A stretch of 64,000 bases of DNA from a virus. The position numbers and the translations under genes were made by a program. This document shows, piece by piece, positions 51,295 to 62,500 of this stretch. The stretch's first letter is position 1; each line of letters starts with the position of its first letter. The notes under the pieces are model-generated. The model saw nothing but the letters and a program-made list of their open reading frames with translations. It was not told the origin of the DNA and made no database searches. The stretch is from the IMG/VR virus record IMGVR_UViG_3300042862_000198, positions 32,001-96,000 of that record; one strand, 5' to 3'.

Positions 51295-53583
51295 ATGTTA
51301 AGAAGAGTAAAAATTAAAGTTGTTCCTAAAGCTAAAACTGGTTATCAAGTTCAAGGATCATTATATAATAGCCCAGCAACTATTGGTGGAGCTGATTATA
51401 ATGCTAATATGGGGGCACCTGATGCTAAAGTTAAAAGAACTATATCAAGAGTTCCTAGAAAAGAAGCTAACTTAGAAGCTGAAGGTGGAGAGACTGTAGT
51501 TGGTAACTTAGATGGAAGCATGATGCCTTCATTTAAAACAATTGTAGGTCCAAGACATAGTAGTGGTGGTGTTCCTCTTAATTTACCTGATGACAGTTTT
51601 ATTTTTAGTGATACTAAATCTATGATGATTACTGATCCTGTTATTTTAAAAATGTTTAATAAAAAACCAAAGAAAGGTGGTTATACTCCTGCTGAGTTAT
51701 CAAAGAAATTTGATATCAATAAGTATAGAGAACTTTTACAAAATCCTGATGCAGATAAGATAGATATTAAGACTGCTGAATTAATGATTAAGAATAGTGT
51801 ATTAAAGTTAGGAGCATTAGCATTAGCTCAAGAATCTAAAAAAGCTTTTCCTCAAGGTATTCCAGAAATTGCTAAACCATATATGGAAGCAAATGGAATA
51901 GCTGAAGAAGATTTAATACCACAGCCACAACAACAAAATCCTGAAATGCAAAATCAGGAAATGGAACAAGAGATGCCAATGGAAATGCCAAATGGTGAAC
52001 CTGTTGCAATGCCACAAGAAGAAATGTTACAACCAGGCATGGATCAACCAGCTCCTATGGCAGCTTATGGTATGTCTATGGGTGGTTATGATATGCCAGA
52101 GTATATGGCTTATGGTGGCATGTTCCAAAGAGGTGGGCCAAATACAACAAGACAACAATCAAAAACTGATTATACTAAAGATTATGGTATTAAACTTAAT
52201 GAAGAAGGTATTGGTGTTGATAGATATGAAAATATTCAAGGAAAATCAAAAATAGGTTTTGGAAATGCTGAAGAAAACTTAAAGAGTTTTGCTAAATGGG
52301 AAAAAATATATCCAGGATATGCTGAATTATTAAAAGAAATAAATAAACCAGGTGGTCCAGGAAAAAATAATCCTAAAGTTAAGCAATTTCAAACTTGGAT
52401 TAATAATGATTACATACCTGAACAAGTAGCAGAACTTAATTCTAAAAGAGTTTCTTCTGGAAGACCAGCCTATACTGAAAATGAGTTAACTAATTTAAAG
52501 TCTAGTCTTATAAGTGATTTTGGTTTTGACAGTAGCACAGGACAAAGAATTGATGCTGATTTTGGAGCTTTTACATCATCAAGAACACCTATAAATTTTG
52601 ATTTTGAAAAGATGCCAGATAAAGAAAAAGGTCCTTGTCAATGTGAGGATGCTACAAAAACTGGATATGAATCTAAAGTAAATGGTGTATGTCCATGTGA
52701 TACTAAAAAGTCTCCATGTGAATGTACTGACCCTGATACTGGTGACACATATGATCCTGGTGAAGATGCAAATGGTAATTGTAATGAATGTTCAAAAGAA
52801 TATCCTGGTGAAACCCCAGAAAAAGAGAATGCTAAATGGTGGTTACAAGATAACATAAATACTATGGGTGCAGCTTCTGATCTAGCAGGTATTAAAAAAT
52901 ATATGCCGTGGGAAGCAAGAGTTGATCTTGAAGAACCAAGACCTACATTTTTAGATCCTACAAGAGAACTTGCTGCACAATCTGAACAAGCTAATATTGC
53001 TTCTCAAGCTTCTGCATCTTTTGCAGGTCCTCAAGGATTAGGTGCAAGAAATGCAGCAACACAAGGAAATGCAGCAACTCAAGCAGCAAACACTTTAGGT
53101 AATATAAATAATCAAAATGTAAATATAGCAAACCAGTTTGAGGCAAATCAAGTTGGTGTTAGAAATCAAGAACAAGCTATGAACCAACAAATGGCTACTA
53201 GACGTTATGATAAAAATGTTATTGCTAACCAACAATTTGATAATGCTAAAAGACAAGGAAGAAAAGCTTTAAGAGATTCCTATACTACAGCTATTACTAA
53301 TAGAGCTAAGACAGATGCTATGAATCAAATGTATCCTAATTATCAAGTAGATCCAGCATCTGGAGGTTTTGTTGACTATACTCCAACTGATAAAGAATTT
53401 GATAAAACAAAAGAAGCGGATATATTTGAGTATAGAAATAAACTTAAAGCTGCAGGTTGGTCTGAAAAAGAGATTACTGCAGAAATGGCAAGAAAGTTTG
53501 GTAAAAAGTTTGGTGGTGCAATTTATGGTAATGGTGGAGGAGTTTATGTAATGGGTGGTTCAGTTTATCCTTTTTTAGACTAA
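51295..53583 (+). CDS. Putative cargo/ejection protein
   Basis: EAEGGE, G.RHS.GG...IFSD domain, Gln/Ala/Asn-rich helical C-terminal region, GG motifs. Confidence 0.6.
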   Translation: MLRRVKIKVVPKAKTGYQVQGSLYNSPATIGGADYNANMGAPDAKVKRTISRVPRKEANLEAEGGETVVGNLDGSMMPSFKTIVGPRHSSGGVPLNLPDDSFIFSDTKSMMITDPVILKMFNKKPKKGGYTPAELSKKFDINKYRELLQNPDADKIDIKTAELMIKNSVLKLGALALAQESKKAFPQGIPEIAKPYMEANGIAEEDLIPQPQQQNPEMQNQEMEQEMPMEMPNGEPVAMPQEEMLQPGMDQPAPMAAYGMSMGGYDMPEYMAYGGMFQRGGPNTTRQQSKTDYTKDYGIKLNEEGIGVDRYENIQGKSKIGFGNAEENLKSFAKWEKIYPGYAELLKEINKPGGPGKNNPKVKQFQTWINNDYIPEQVAELNSKRVSSGRPAYTENELTNLKSSLISDFGFDSSTGQRIDADFGAFTSSRTPINFDFEKMPDKEKGPCQCEDATKTGYESKVNGVCPCDTKKSPCECTDPDTGDTYDPGEDANGNCNECSKEYPGETPEKENAKWWLQDNINTMGAASDLAGIKKYMPWEARVDLEEPRPTFLDPTRELAAQSEQANIASQASASFAGPQGLGARNAATQGNAATQAANTLGNINNQNVNIANQFEANQVGVRNQEQAMNQQMATRRYDKNVIANQQFDNAKRQGRKALRDSYTTAITNRAKTDAMNQMYPNYQVDPASGGFVDYTPTDKEFDKTKEADIFEYRNKLKAAGWSEKEITAEMARKFGKKFGGAIYGNGGGVYVMGGSVYPFLD

Positions 53584-53649
53584 TAAACTTTTTAAATTTA
53601 CTAAACTTATAAAATTTTAATATATTTACAGTATAGATAATAATAAATT

Positions 53650-56586
53650 ATGGCAACATATCTTCAAGGTGTCACCGATTATATTCCTGAGTATCAGCCT
53701 TTTCAGCCTGATCTAAATTTTTATTCTAATGTTTTACAAACAAAGCAGACTCAGTATGACACAAACTGGAAAGCTTTAAATAAAATGTATGGTCAGTATT
53801 ATAATGCTGATTTAACAAGAGATGAAAATGTTTCTAAAAAAGATAATTATTTAAAGCAAATTGAATTTAATTTACAAAGAGTTTCTCAATTAGATTTATC
53901 ATTAGAACAAAATGTAAATCAAGCAACTCAAGTTTTTAAACCTTTTTATGAAGATAAAGGCTTGGTTAAAGATATGGCTTGGACTAAAAATTTTATGAAT
54001 CAAGTTGGAAGAGCAGAAGGACTTAAAGGTTCAAATATAGTAGCTGAAAGAGAACAGTATTGGAATGATGGTGTGCTTGCAATGAATTATAAAAGAGATG
54101 AATTTAAAGAAGCTTCATCTGAAGATGCTTTATCTTTTGAAAATGCTAGTTATACTCCATATGTAAATACAGTTGAAAAAGCACAAGAAGTTGCCAAAGC
54201 TGCTGGTCTATCTATTGAATCTGTAGATTTTAGTAAAGATGGAAAATGGATTATTAAATCTAAAAATGGTGAGCAACTTACTGAACCTTTACAAAGATTA
54301 TTTGAAGCTAGACTGGGAAGTGATCCTGCTATACAAGAAGTTTATAAAACTCAAGCTTATGTAAATAGAAAAAATGATGCCTATGCTAATGCTGCACAAT
54401 TTGGTGGAGATAAAAATATGGCAGAATTAAAATATCTTGAGAATAGTTTTAATGTTTTAAAAGCTCAAAGTGCTGTAAGATATCTTGGACTTAAAGAAAG
54501 GTCCGTATCTTATGATGCAAAAATAAAAGATCTTGAAAGTCAAGTTGAAAAGGGAACAGCATCTCCAGAAGTAAAATTGATGCTCTCTCAATATAAAATG
54601 AATAAAGATATTAATGACCAAGTATTATTAAGAGCAGAAAATGAACAAAAAGAATTAAGCAATGGTCAAAGTACTGCAACTACATCTACTGGTTTTGTAA
54701 ATCCTTTTGGAGATATTAAGTCTTTAAGGTATAAAGTTGATAATGGAATGGCTTCTACTTTAATGAAAAAAGATTTAGATGAGGCTGCTAATATATTTGC
54801 CTTTAAAGATGCTAAAGTAGACATTGATGCTAATCCATATGCTGTATTAGATGTAAAACACCGTTATAGTATGCAAGAAACTGCAGCTAGAAATGCTGGT
54901 TTAGAAAGAGCTGCTAGAATTAGAAATGCAGGTGAAAAAGATACAGCACTAATGAAATGGAAATTAGAATCTGGTACTTATTATCAAGATGAAGAAACTG
55001 GAGAAATTCTACCAGTAGAAGCTTTAAATCAAATGTTTGTAGATCCAAATGATAAAGGTACATCTACTGATAAACTTAATTTAAAAGAAGCTAGTAGACA
55101 TATTAATAGATTACAAACTGAAAATATTGCAAAGCCTCACTTAACAAATGCACTTACTTTAATTGAAAAAATGGTTAAAGAAGGTACAATGAGTAAAGAA
55201 GAAGCTGGTAAGATATTATCTTATGGCAAAAATCCTAACATTAGTGTTGATTTATTTTCTAAAAAACTTAATAAATATGGTTCTGAATGGTTACGTGCTG
55301 AAGTAGGAGCTGATGATTTAGCTAAGATAAATAGTAGAATGAATACTTGGGTATCTCAAAATGGTCAATTATCTGGATTATCTACCGCTGAATATAAAAA
55401 CTTTGCCGTTAGTTCTATGAAGTTTCAAGATTATACTAATTATCTTAAAGCAGATGCTGATTGGAGAAAACAAACTTCTTATGAAGTAGAAAGAGATTTA
55501 AGAAAGCAAGGTTTCAAATATGTAGATTATCTATATGATAATAAGGGTAATCTAAGAAGTCAAAAAGACTTTTATGGAGCTCTTGAAAAAGCTGGTAAAA
55601 TTAATAAATCAGAAGCTGAGAAAGGTAAAACATATAAAAAAGATCCAGTTTATGTATCTATGGGACCAGGTTTACCTGCTATGCCTGTAGAATCTCAACC
55701 AGAATCTGTAGATTATAATAGCTTAGTAAAAGCAGCTAGTAGAGTATATACTTCAGGCAGAGTTAAAAAAAATGTACCAGGTTTAGATAAATTAGGTACT
55801 ATGTCGGGTACAGGTAAGTTTACTATGGGTACCACAACTACATGGGTTAATCCTAAAGCACATGGTACAGCAAGTACAATTTGGACAGCTGAAGCTTTTA
55901 AAGACTTAGCTAAAATGGACTGGGGTGCTAATGATAAAAACAGAGTAACTTTTGGAGGTCTGAGTAAAGATACTTGGAATAAAAGAGGGGAGATGGAATC
56001 TAAGAATAATGTTGGTAAAGCATTATTTGAAGCTATAAGAGGTGAATTAACTAATCCAAAAACTAAAATGGGAAATTTCCGTATTGGTGTTTCTCCAATA
56101 GCTATTGGATCAATGAATAAAGCTGCTATTATTATCCATCCAAATGCTGAATGGTTGAAAGATTATGTAAAATCTGGTAAAGAAGGTACAGGAACAGGTC
56201 TAATTAGTCAAGATGAATATAATTATATTTTACAGAATGGTATTTCTTATATTACTGATTCTAAAGATATGACTAATACAATGTACAAAAGTGCATTCCA
56301 GTCTCCTTTACAATCTTATGTAGATCAAGTTGGATCATATACATATACTGATCCAAGAAATGAAAATTATAAATTTACAATTGAAAAAAATAAATTAGGT
56401 ACAGGTGATTATACTACTTCAACTTCATTTCCATTATGGAATCCACAGAAAGGTAAATATGAATATGAAACTGAAGTAGAAAATACTTCAAACCTTGGAA
56501 CTAATTTAGAGTCTACAAGAGACATGATGCCCGATCAATTTGATGCAATAATGGATTTAAATAAACAGTTATCTAATGGCAATTAA
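53650..56586 (+). CDS. Large putative cargo/ejection protein
   Basis: 978-aa helical protein with P..PD..FY...L..KQ..YD N-terminus, in the post-tail cargo position. Confidence 0.6.
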   Translation: MATYLQGVTDYIPEYQPFQPDLNFYSNVLQTKQTQYDTNWKALNKMYGQYYNADLTRDENVSKKDNYLKQIEFNLQRVSQLDLSLEQNVNQATQVFKPFYEDKGLVKDMAWTKNFMNQVGRAEGLKGSNIVAEREQYWNDGVLAMNYKRDEFKEASSEDALSFENASYTPYVNTVEKAQEVAKAAGLSIESVDFSKDGKWIIKSKNGEQLTEPLQRLFEARLGSDPAIQEVYKTQAYVNRKNDAYANAAQFGGDKNMAELKYLENSFNVLKAQSAVRYLGLKERSVSYDAKIKDLESQVEKGTASPEVKLMLSQYKMNKDINDQVLLRAENEQKELSNGQSTATTSTGFVNPFGDIKSLRYKVDNGMASTLMKKDLDEAANIFAFKDAKVDIDANPYAVLDVKHRYSMQETAARNAGLERAARIRNAGEKDTALMKWKLESGTYYQDEETGEILPVEALNQMFVDPNDKGTSTDKLNLKEASRHINRLQTENIAKPHLTNALTLIEKMVKEGTMSKEEAGKILSYGKNPNISVDLFSKKLNKYGSEWLRAEVGADDLAKINSRMNTWVSQNGQLSGLSTAEYKNFAVSSMKFQDYTNYLKADADWRKQTSYEVERDLRKQGFKYVDYLYDNKGNLRSQKDFYGALEKAGKINKSEAEKGKTYKKDPVYVSMGPGLPAMPVESQPESVDYNSLVKAASRVYTSGRVKKNVPGLDKLGTMSGTGKFTMGTTTTWVNPKAHGTASTIWTAEAFKDLAKMDWGANDKNRVTFGGLSKDTWNKRGEMESKNNVGKALFEAIRGELTNPKTKMGNFRIGVSPIAIGSMNKAAIIIHPNAEWLKDYVKSGKEGTGTGLISQDEYNYILQNGISYITDSKDMTNTMYKSAFQSPLQSYVDQVGSYTYTDPRNENYKFTIEKNKLGTGDYTTSTSFPLWNPQKGKYEYETEVENTSNLGTNLESTRDMMPDQFDAIMDLNKQLSNGN

Positions 56587-59500
56587 TGATGAAGTTTTTA
56601 ATTCTTTGGATCCATTAGGGCCTGAGTATGGAAAAATAAATGCACCTATAATAGATAGTAAAGGTTTATCTCCTTTTGAGGGAGATGGAATTGAACTACC
56701 TAAAATTAATTTTCCTGATCAAGGAGAACAGTTTTTCCCAATAAGACCTAATATAAATAATCTTGAGTCTCCACAAAAAAATGTAAGACAAAGTATTGTT
56801 GGAGTTCCACAAAATAAACCTGGATTAAATAAATCAGCTAACTATAATGATATAAAAGCTGCTGTTAAACAAAATTTAAAAGCTTCTATACAAGCTAAAC
56901 AAGATAAAAACACTTATGCAAAGATATACTCTTATGATGCAGGACCAGATGGTAATGCATTTTATAAAAGATATCAAGCATATGGTCAAGAAAAGTTTGA
57001 TGAAATAGGATTCTCTCCAATAAGAGATAATGAATCTTTATTTAATGCACATACTACTTGGTGGGATGATCATAAAAGAATGATGACTAATTCATTCTGG
57101 CCTTTGTTTGGAAGAGGTTTTGTAGCTGGTCCTAAAAGTTTAGGTAAAATGCTTACTGGAGATTTTTTTGGAACAGACCTTGAAGATGCAGCAGCTTATA
57201 AAGAAGCAGCAGCTATTGGTCAATCTAGCAAAAAAGGAGTTGCTTCATTTGCTAACAATACCATAATGAACTTTGGATACTCAGCAGGTATTATGTCTGA
57301 AGCTATCTTAGAGGAAATTGGTGGTGTTTTACTTGCTCCTGAAACATTGGGAGGTAGTTTTGTTGTATCTACTGCTAACTTACTTAAGAATACTGCAAAA
57401 GCATTTAGGGGTTTAGACATGGCTAAAGATGGCTATAAAGCTGTTAATTCAACTTTAGATAGCATTAATAATGTTCAGAGTGCTAGAAAATTTTGGGAAC
57501 AAGCAAGAAATGTAGGTAAGATGCCTCTAAGCCCTATAGGTGGTACAGTTAGAGCATATGAAGCTGCAAAGACTGCAGATAATTTAACTAACTTGGGAAA
57601 GGCTTATAAAACAGCAGGAGGTTTTTACAGAGATGTTGTAAGAATGAACATGGCTTTATCTGAGGCTAGACTTGAAGGTGGTATGGTAGAGAATCAAATT
57701 TATGATAATCTATATAACCAATACTATGCTAAAAATGATAAGGCTCCAGGTAATGCTTTACAGTATGATATGATTAAGCAATCTAAGAAAGGAGCTCTTA
57801 ATACAGTACTGTGGAACTCTGCTCTTATATATGGTAGTAATGCTATTGTTTTCCCAAATATCATGGGACCAAAAGGTGGCATTAGAGGTTACTTAAAAAG
57901 CTCTATTAATGAGTTTCAAACAATTAAAGGTGGAAAGTTTGGTGATTTTGGTAATATAATGTACAATAAAGCAGGTAAAAAAATTCAGTTTGAAAAAGCT
58001 AATTTTAAAAACATGATTTTAGATTACATGAGAAAACCTATTCATAAAGCTGCTTTAGGTACCTTAGGTTATTTTAAAAAGAATTTTACAGAAGGTATTC
58101 AAGAAAATTTACAAGAAGTTATTTCTGGAGCAAATGAAAAATACTACTCAGATACATTTAATAGTAAAGCTTTAGGTTCACATGAGTATTCAAAAGCAGT
58201 ATCTAAATATAATACTGCATCTCAATTAGATTATTATGGTAAGGAACTAGGTAATCAATTTACAGCTACTGGATTTGAAACATTTGCTTCAGGTTTTGCT
58301 ATGGGAACATTAGCTTCTCCATTAAATTTTGCATTTAAAGAATTATCTATTGGTTATAATAGAATGTTTGATAAAGAAACTTATAATACATTTAAAGAAC
58401 AAAAATTAAATATTACTAAAAATCTTATTGCTCAGTTAAATGGTATAGGTATACAAGAATTTTTAGATTCTAAAACTTTTAATTATGCTGTACAAGAAGG
58501 TGTAGCAAATATAAAAGAACAAGGTTCTAAAAAACAAGCAAATGATGCTGACTTAGAAGGAATTGTAAGTCAAATGGAATATTTGTTTAATTCAGGAACT
58601 ACTGATATCTTTAAAGAAAAAATGAGACATTTTAGTGAAATGACTCCAGAAGAATTTGAAGAAGCTGTACCTACTGTACCAAAAGGTGAGGGTGCTAAGT
58701 ATCAAGCAAAGATTCCAGATACTCTTAAAAAACTAGATGAAGTAGAACAAGACTATAAAAATATTAATGAAAGATATCCTAATCCAATTACTGATGATAA
58801 TCTTCCACCAAAAGGTAGTCCTGAATATGCAGATGCTGTAGCATTAAGTCATGGTTGGAAAAAAGCAGTACAAAATGCTGTTTATTTTAAACAATCCTTT
58901 AAGGATACTATGGCTAGAAAAGCACAAATTATGGCTAAGTATCTTTCACAAGCTCCTTTACAGGGAATGACACAAAGAGACTCTGAAGTTATTTTTGATT
59001 ATGATAAGTTAAGAAATGAAGCTGCTATGCTTAAAGATGAAGTAGCAACATTAAAAGAACTTAAAGATCCTGAATCTCAAAGACAGTATACTATTAAACA
59101 AAGAAAATTAGAAGCTTTAACTAAGCTAGGAGAAAAAACTGTTAAGTTCAGTAACTTTTTTAATAGATATGAAAAAGCTGCTGCTATAAAAGCTGAACTT
59201 CAAAAACAAAAAGGTGATGTACCTGTAACTGATGAAGAAGTTGAAAAAGTAATGGATAGTGTATTAGGAGAATACAATGATGAAAATAAAATAAAAACAT
59301 TTTCAGAACATGAAGCAGCCTATAAAGATTATTTAAGAGCACTTGGTGAAGTAAATGGAGATTATCTTTTTGATCAAAATGTTGATGAGTCATATGAATT
59401 ACTAGCTGATCACTATAAATTAGGATATGAAGCTAATAACTTAATGCAGTATGTAAATTTATTACATGATCCAAATGCATTCATGGAAACTGCTGATAGA

Positions 59501-62500
59501 AACAGAAAATGGATGAAAGAACTCTATAATAAAAGAGGAGAGATATATGAAAAAATGATCAAAGAGCAATTAGATTTAGTTATAGATAATGCTTTATTAA
59601 ATAAATTAGCAAATGAAGGTATTTATATTAGCCTTGATGATTTTGCTCAATGGAAAAAAGATGCTACTCCACCTTCAGAATTTTTTGATAATACAAGAAA
59701 GATGATTATTCCTGAAGGAACAACAGCTTATGATGAATATTATGCATTTTTTGAACAAGCTTCTAGTCTTAAAGATCAATCAACAGGAACATTAAAAGAA
59801 TCATTAGATCAATCATTGAGTGTTAAACTTGATGAGATAGATGAGCAAATGGCAGAAGCTATTGATAGAGTTCCAAAAAAAGAAGTTAAGACTGTTAGCA
59901 CTACACTTAAATCTAAGAATGGAGTTAACATAACTCTTGCTGAAATTTTTAATACACTTAATCAAGAAGAATTTGCAGAAGGTGTTTTTAGTGAAGATGC
60001 AGAACCTTTAGTGTTATATAAAGATCTTGAAGGAAATCTTAGACTAGGCGGAAAAGAAGGTGAAATTTTTAAAAATTTAAAGGCAACTGTTGATTTTACA
60101 AGTGTTCAAATATATACTGTCAGTGAGCAATCTGATCCTCAATTAGTTGCTCCTATAGAAAAAAGATATGAAGAACTTAAAAATAAGACAAGAGAAGAAT
60201 ATGCAGATAGACTTGAAGAAATTACAACTGAAGAAGAAAAACCTGTAGAAGATTTTGTACCTGTTACAAATGACTATGAGAGTCTTCTTGATTATCCAGC
60301 TTTATATAATAGTTTATATAAATCTTTTAATGAAAAAATTCTATCTAAATTAAGTGACCAAGATCAGGTTAATCTTACAGAAGAAGAAGAGATAAATTTA
60401 TTCAATAGGTTTTTAAAAACTGATAAAGAAGCAAAAGCTGAGATAGATGAATTTAATAAAAAGAAAAAGTTAGATGTAACTACTAAAGAAACTGGTGAGA
60501 AAGGTGAGTTTAAATTTATGTACCAAGGTAAAGAAAAAAGTACAGAGGACTATAAAACAGTTGTTGATCTTAGAAAAATTCAAAGAAGGTTCATAGCACT
60601 TATCAATGAAATTGATAATAAAGAAAATGCTACTACAGAGGATATGACTAATAAGAGTAAGTACAAAGTTCTTGTTACTGACTTTGAAAAACTTATTGCA
60701 ACTAGATCCAGAAAAGGATTAACTCCTGAACTTAGAGCAGCCATTGATAAAATTAATACTATTAAAGAAAAGCAAGGTGATATAGTTATAACTGAAGAAG
60801 GCATAACAGTAAATGGTGAAGAATACCAAACTGCTAATAATGCATTAGGTATTGAAGAAGTTAAATCTCCATTTAAAGATTATGTAGATGAACAAGTTAA
60901 AAACTTATTTGATCCAGAAGGAACTCCTATGTTTGATGAAACTAAAATTACTCAAGAAGCATATGATAATTTATTTGGTGATAAAGGATATCTTACTAAG
61001 TTAAAACAAAGAGTAGATAATGGTGAGTTATTTATTGTATCTCAAGGATTGACGGTATATGATACTAAATCTAAAATGGCTAGTACAATAGACTTACTAG
61101 TAGCAGATGCAAATAGTAATTTAACTATTGTAGCAGTGACCCCGGATTCAAAAAGTAACTGGGATATCTTTAATAAAAAAGATAATCCTAAGTCTAAGAT
61201 AAAACAAGCAGCAATGCTACAAACAGCTAATGCTAATTTGTTAATGAGTATGCTTGGCACAGAAGCTAAGATTGCTGTCTTACCAATTGAGATGAGTGTC
61301 AGCACTACAGATGATAAAATATTATCAGCTAATAAACCTACTTCACCTACATTACTTGCTACTGATTTCTTAATTGCTTTAAACAAGACAGAAGCTCAAG
61401 CAGAGATTGATAAACTAATCCCTGTTGAAAAAGTTACTACTACTACAGATACTAAAGCTGATATAGAAAAACAAAAAGAATTAGAAAATAAAGTAAAAGA
61501 GTTAGAAGAACAAAGAAAAGCTTTAAGATCTGAAGATGGTTCTATACCAGCAGATAAAATGTCTGAGTTTAAAAGATTAGGAGAAGAAATTAATAAAGCT
61601 AAAAAAGCAGCAACAAGAGGTTATTCTGATAATTCAATGCTTATTAAAAGATTTTCAGAAGGTGCTGATACTAGTGTAACAGATCCAAAAATACTATCTG
61701 CTGAAGACAAAAAAGAAGCCGCTGATATAATTGAGCAAGTAATACAAAACAGTAAAACAGCAGAAGAAGCTCTTAAAAAAATACAAAGGCTTGGTTATAT
61801 ATTTGATATATCAGTTACTCAAAATCTTAAAAAATATTTAGATGATAGATTTGATCAAAATGTTCCTAAAATTGGTAATAATAAGGATAGCTTCCAAGCT
61901 TGGATATATGGAAAAACTGATGCAGAACTAGCTGCTTTAGAAACAAATGTTGTTCCTGCAGATGCTGAATCAAGTGATGATGTAGAATCTCCTGCAGTAG
62001 AAGCAGAAGTAAAAGAAAGAGAAGTTGTTGTTATTGATGAGTCAGTAAGATATAAGATATCTGACTTTAAAGCTGACTTAGATAAAGTAACTACAAAAGA
62101 AGAGTTAAATAATTTATTAGCTGATCTTAGTATTAAAAATTCAGAACAGTTAATTTCTTATGAAGATTTGCAAGAAATGGCAACTATGGTTAAAGAAAAA
62201 GCTAACCAATTAAATACTCCACAAGATATTAAAATTGTTCCGGAATCATTGGCTCCAGGTACAGAACTTGTTGCAAAAAATACTATCTTTGTTTCAGGTG
62301 TTAATGTTCAAGTAGATGAAACAGTAGTTGTTAAATCAGTAAATGCTAGTAATAAAACTATAGTAGTTACTCCACTAAATTCAACATCTTCTGTAACACT
62401 AACTTTTAATACATTAAACCAATCATTTACATTAAAAGATGCTGTAATGAATGCAACAGAAATAGAAGAAGAAAAAGTTACACCAGAAGATAAAATTAAA

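Noticed and set aside
53182-53235. Additional AACCAACAA matches inside ORF 51295
   Set aside because: They are explained by Asn-Gln-Gln codons in an N/Q-rich region, so I did not count them as sRNA targets, although one precedes an in-frame ATG at 53191.
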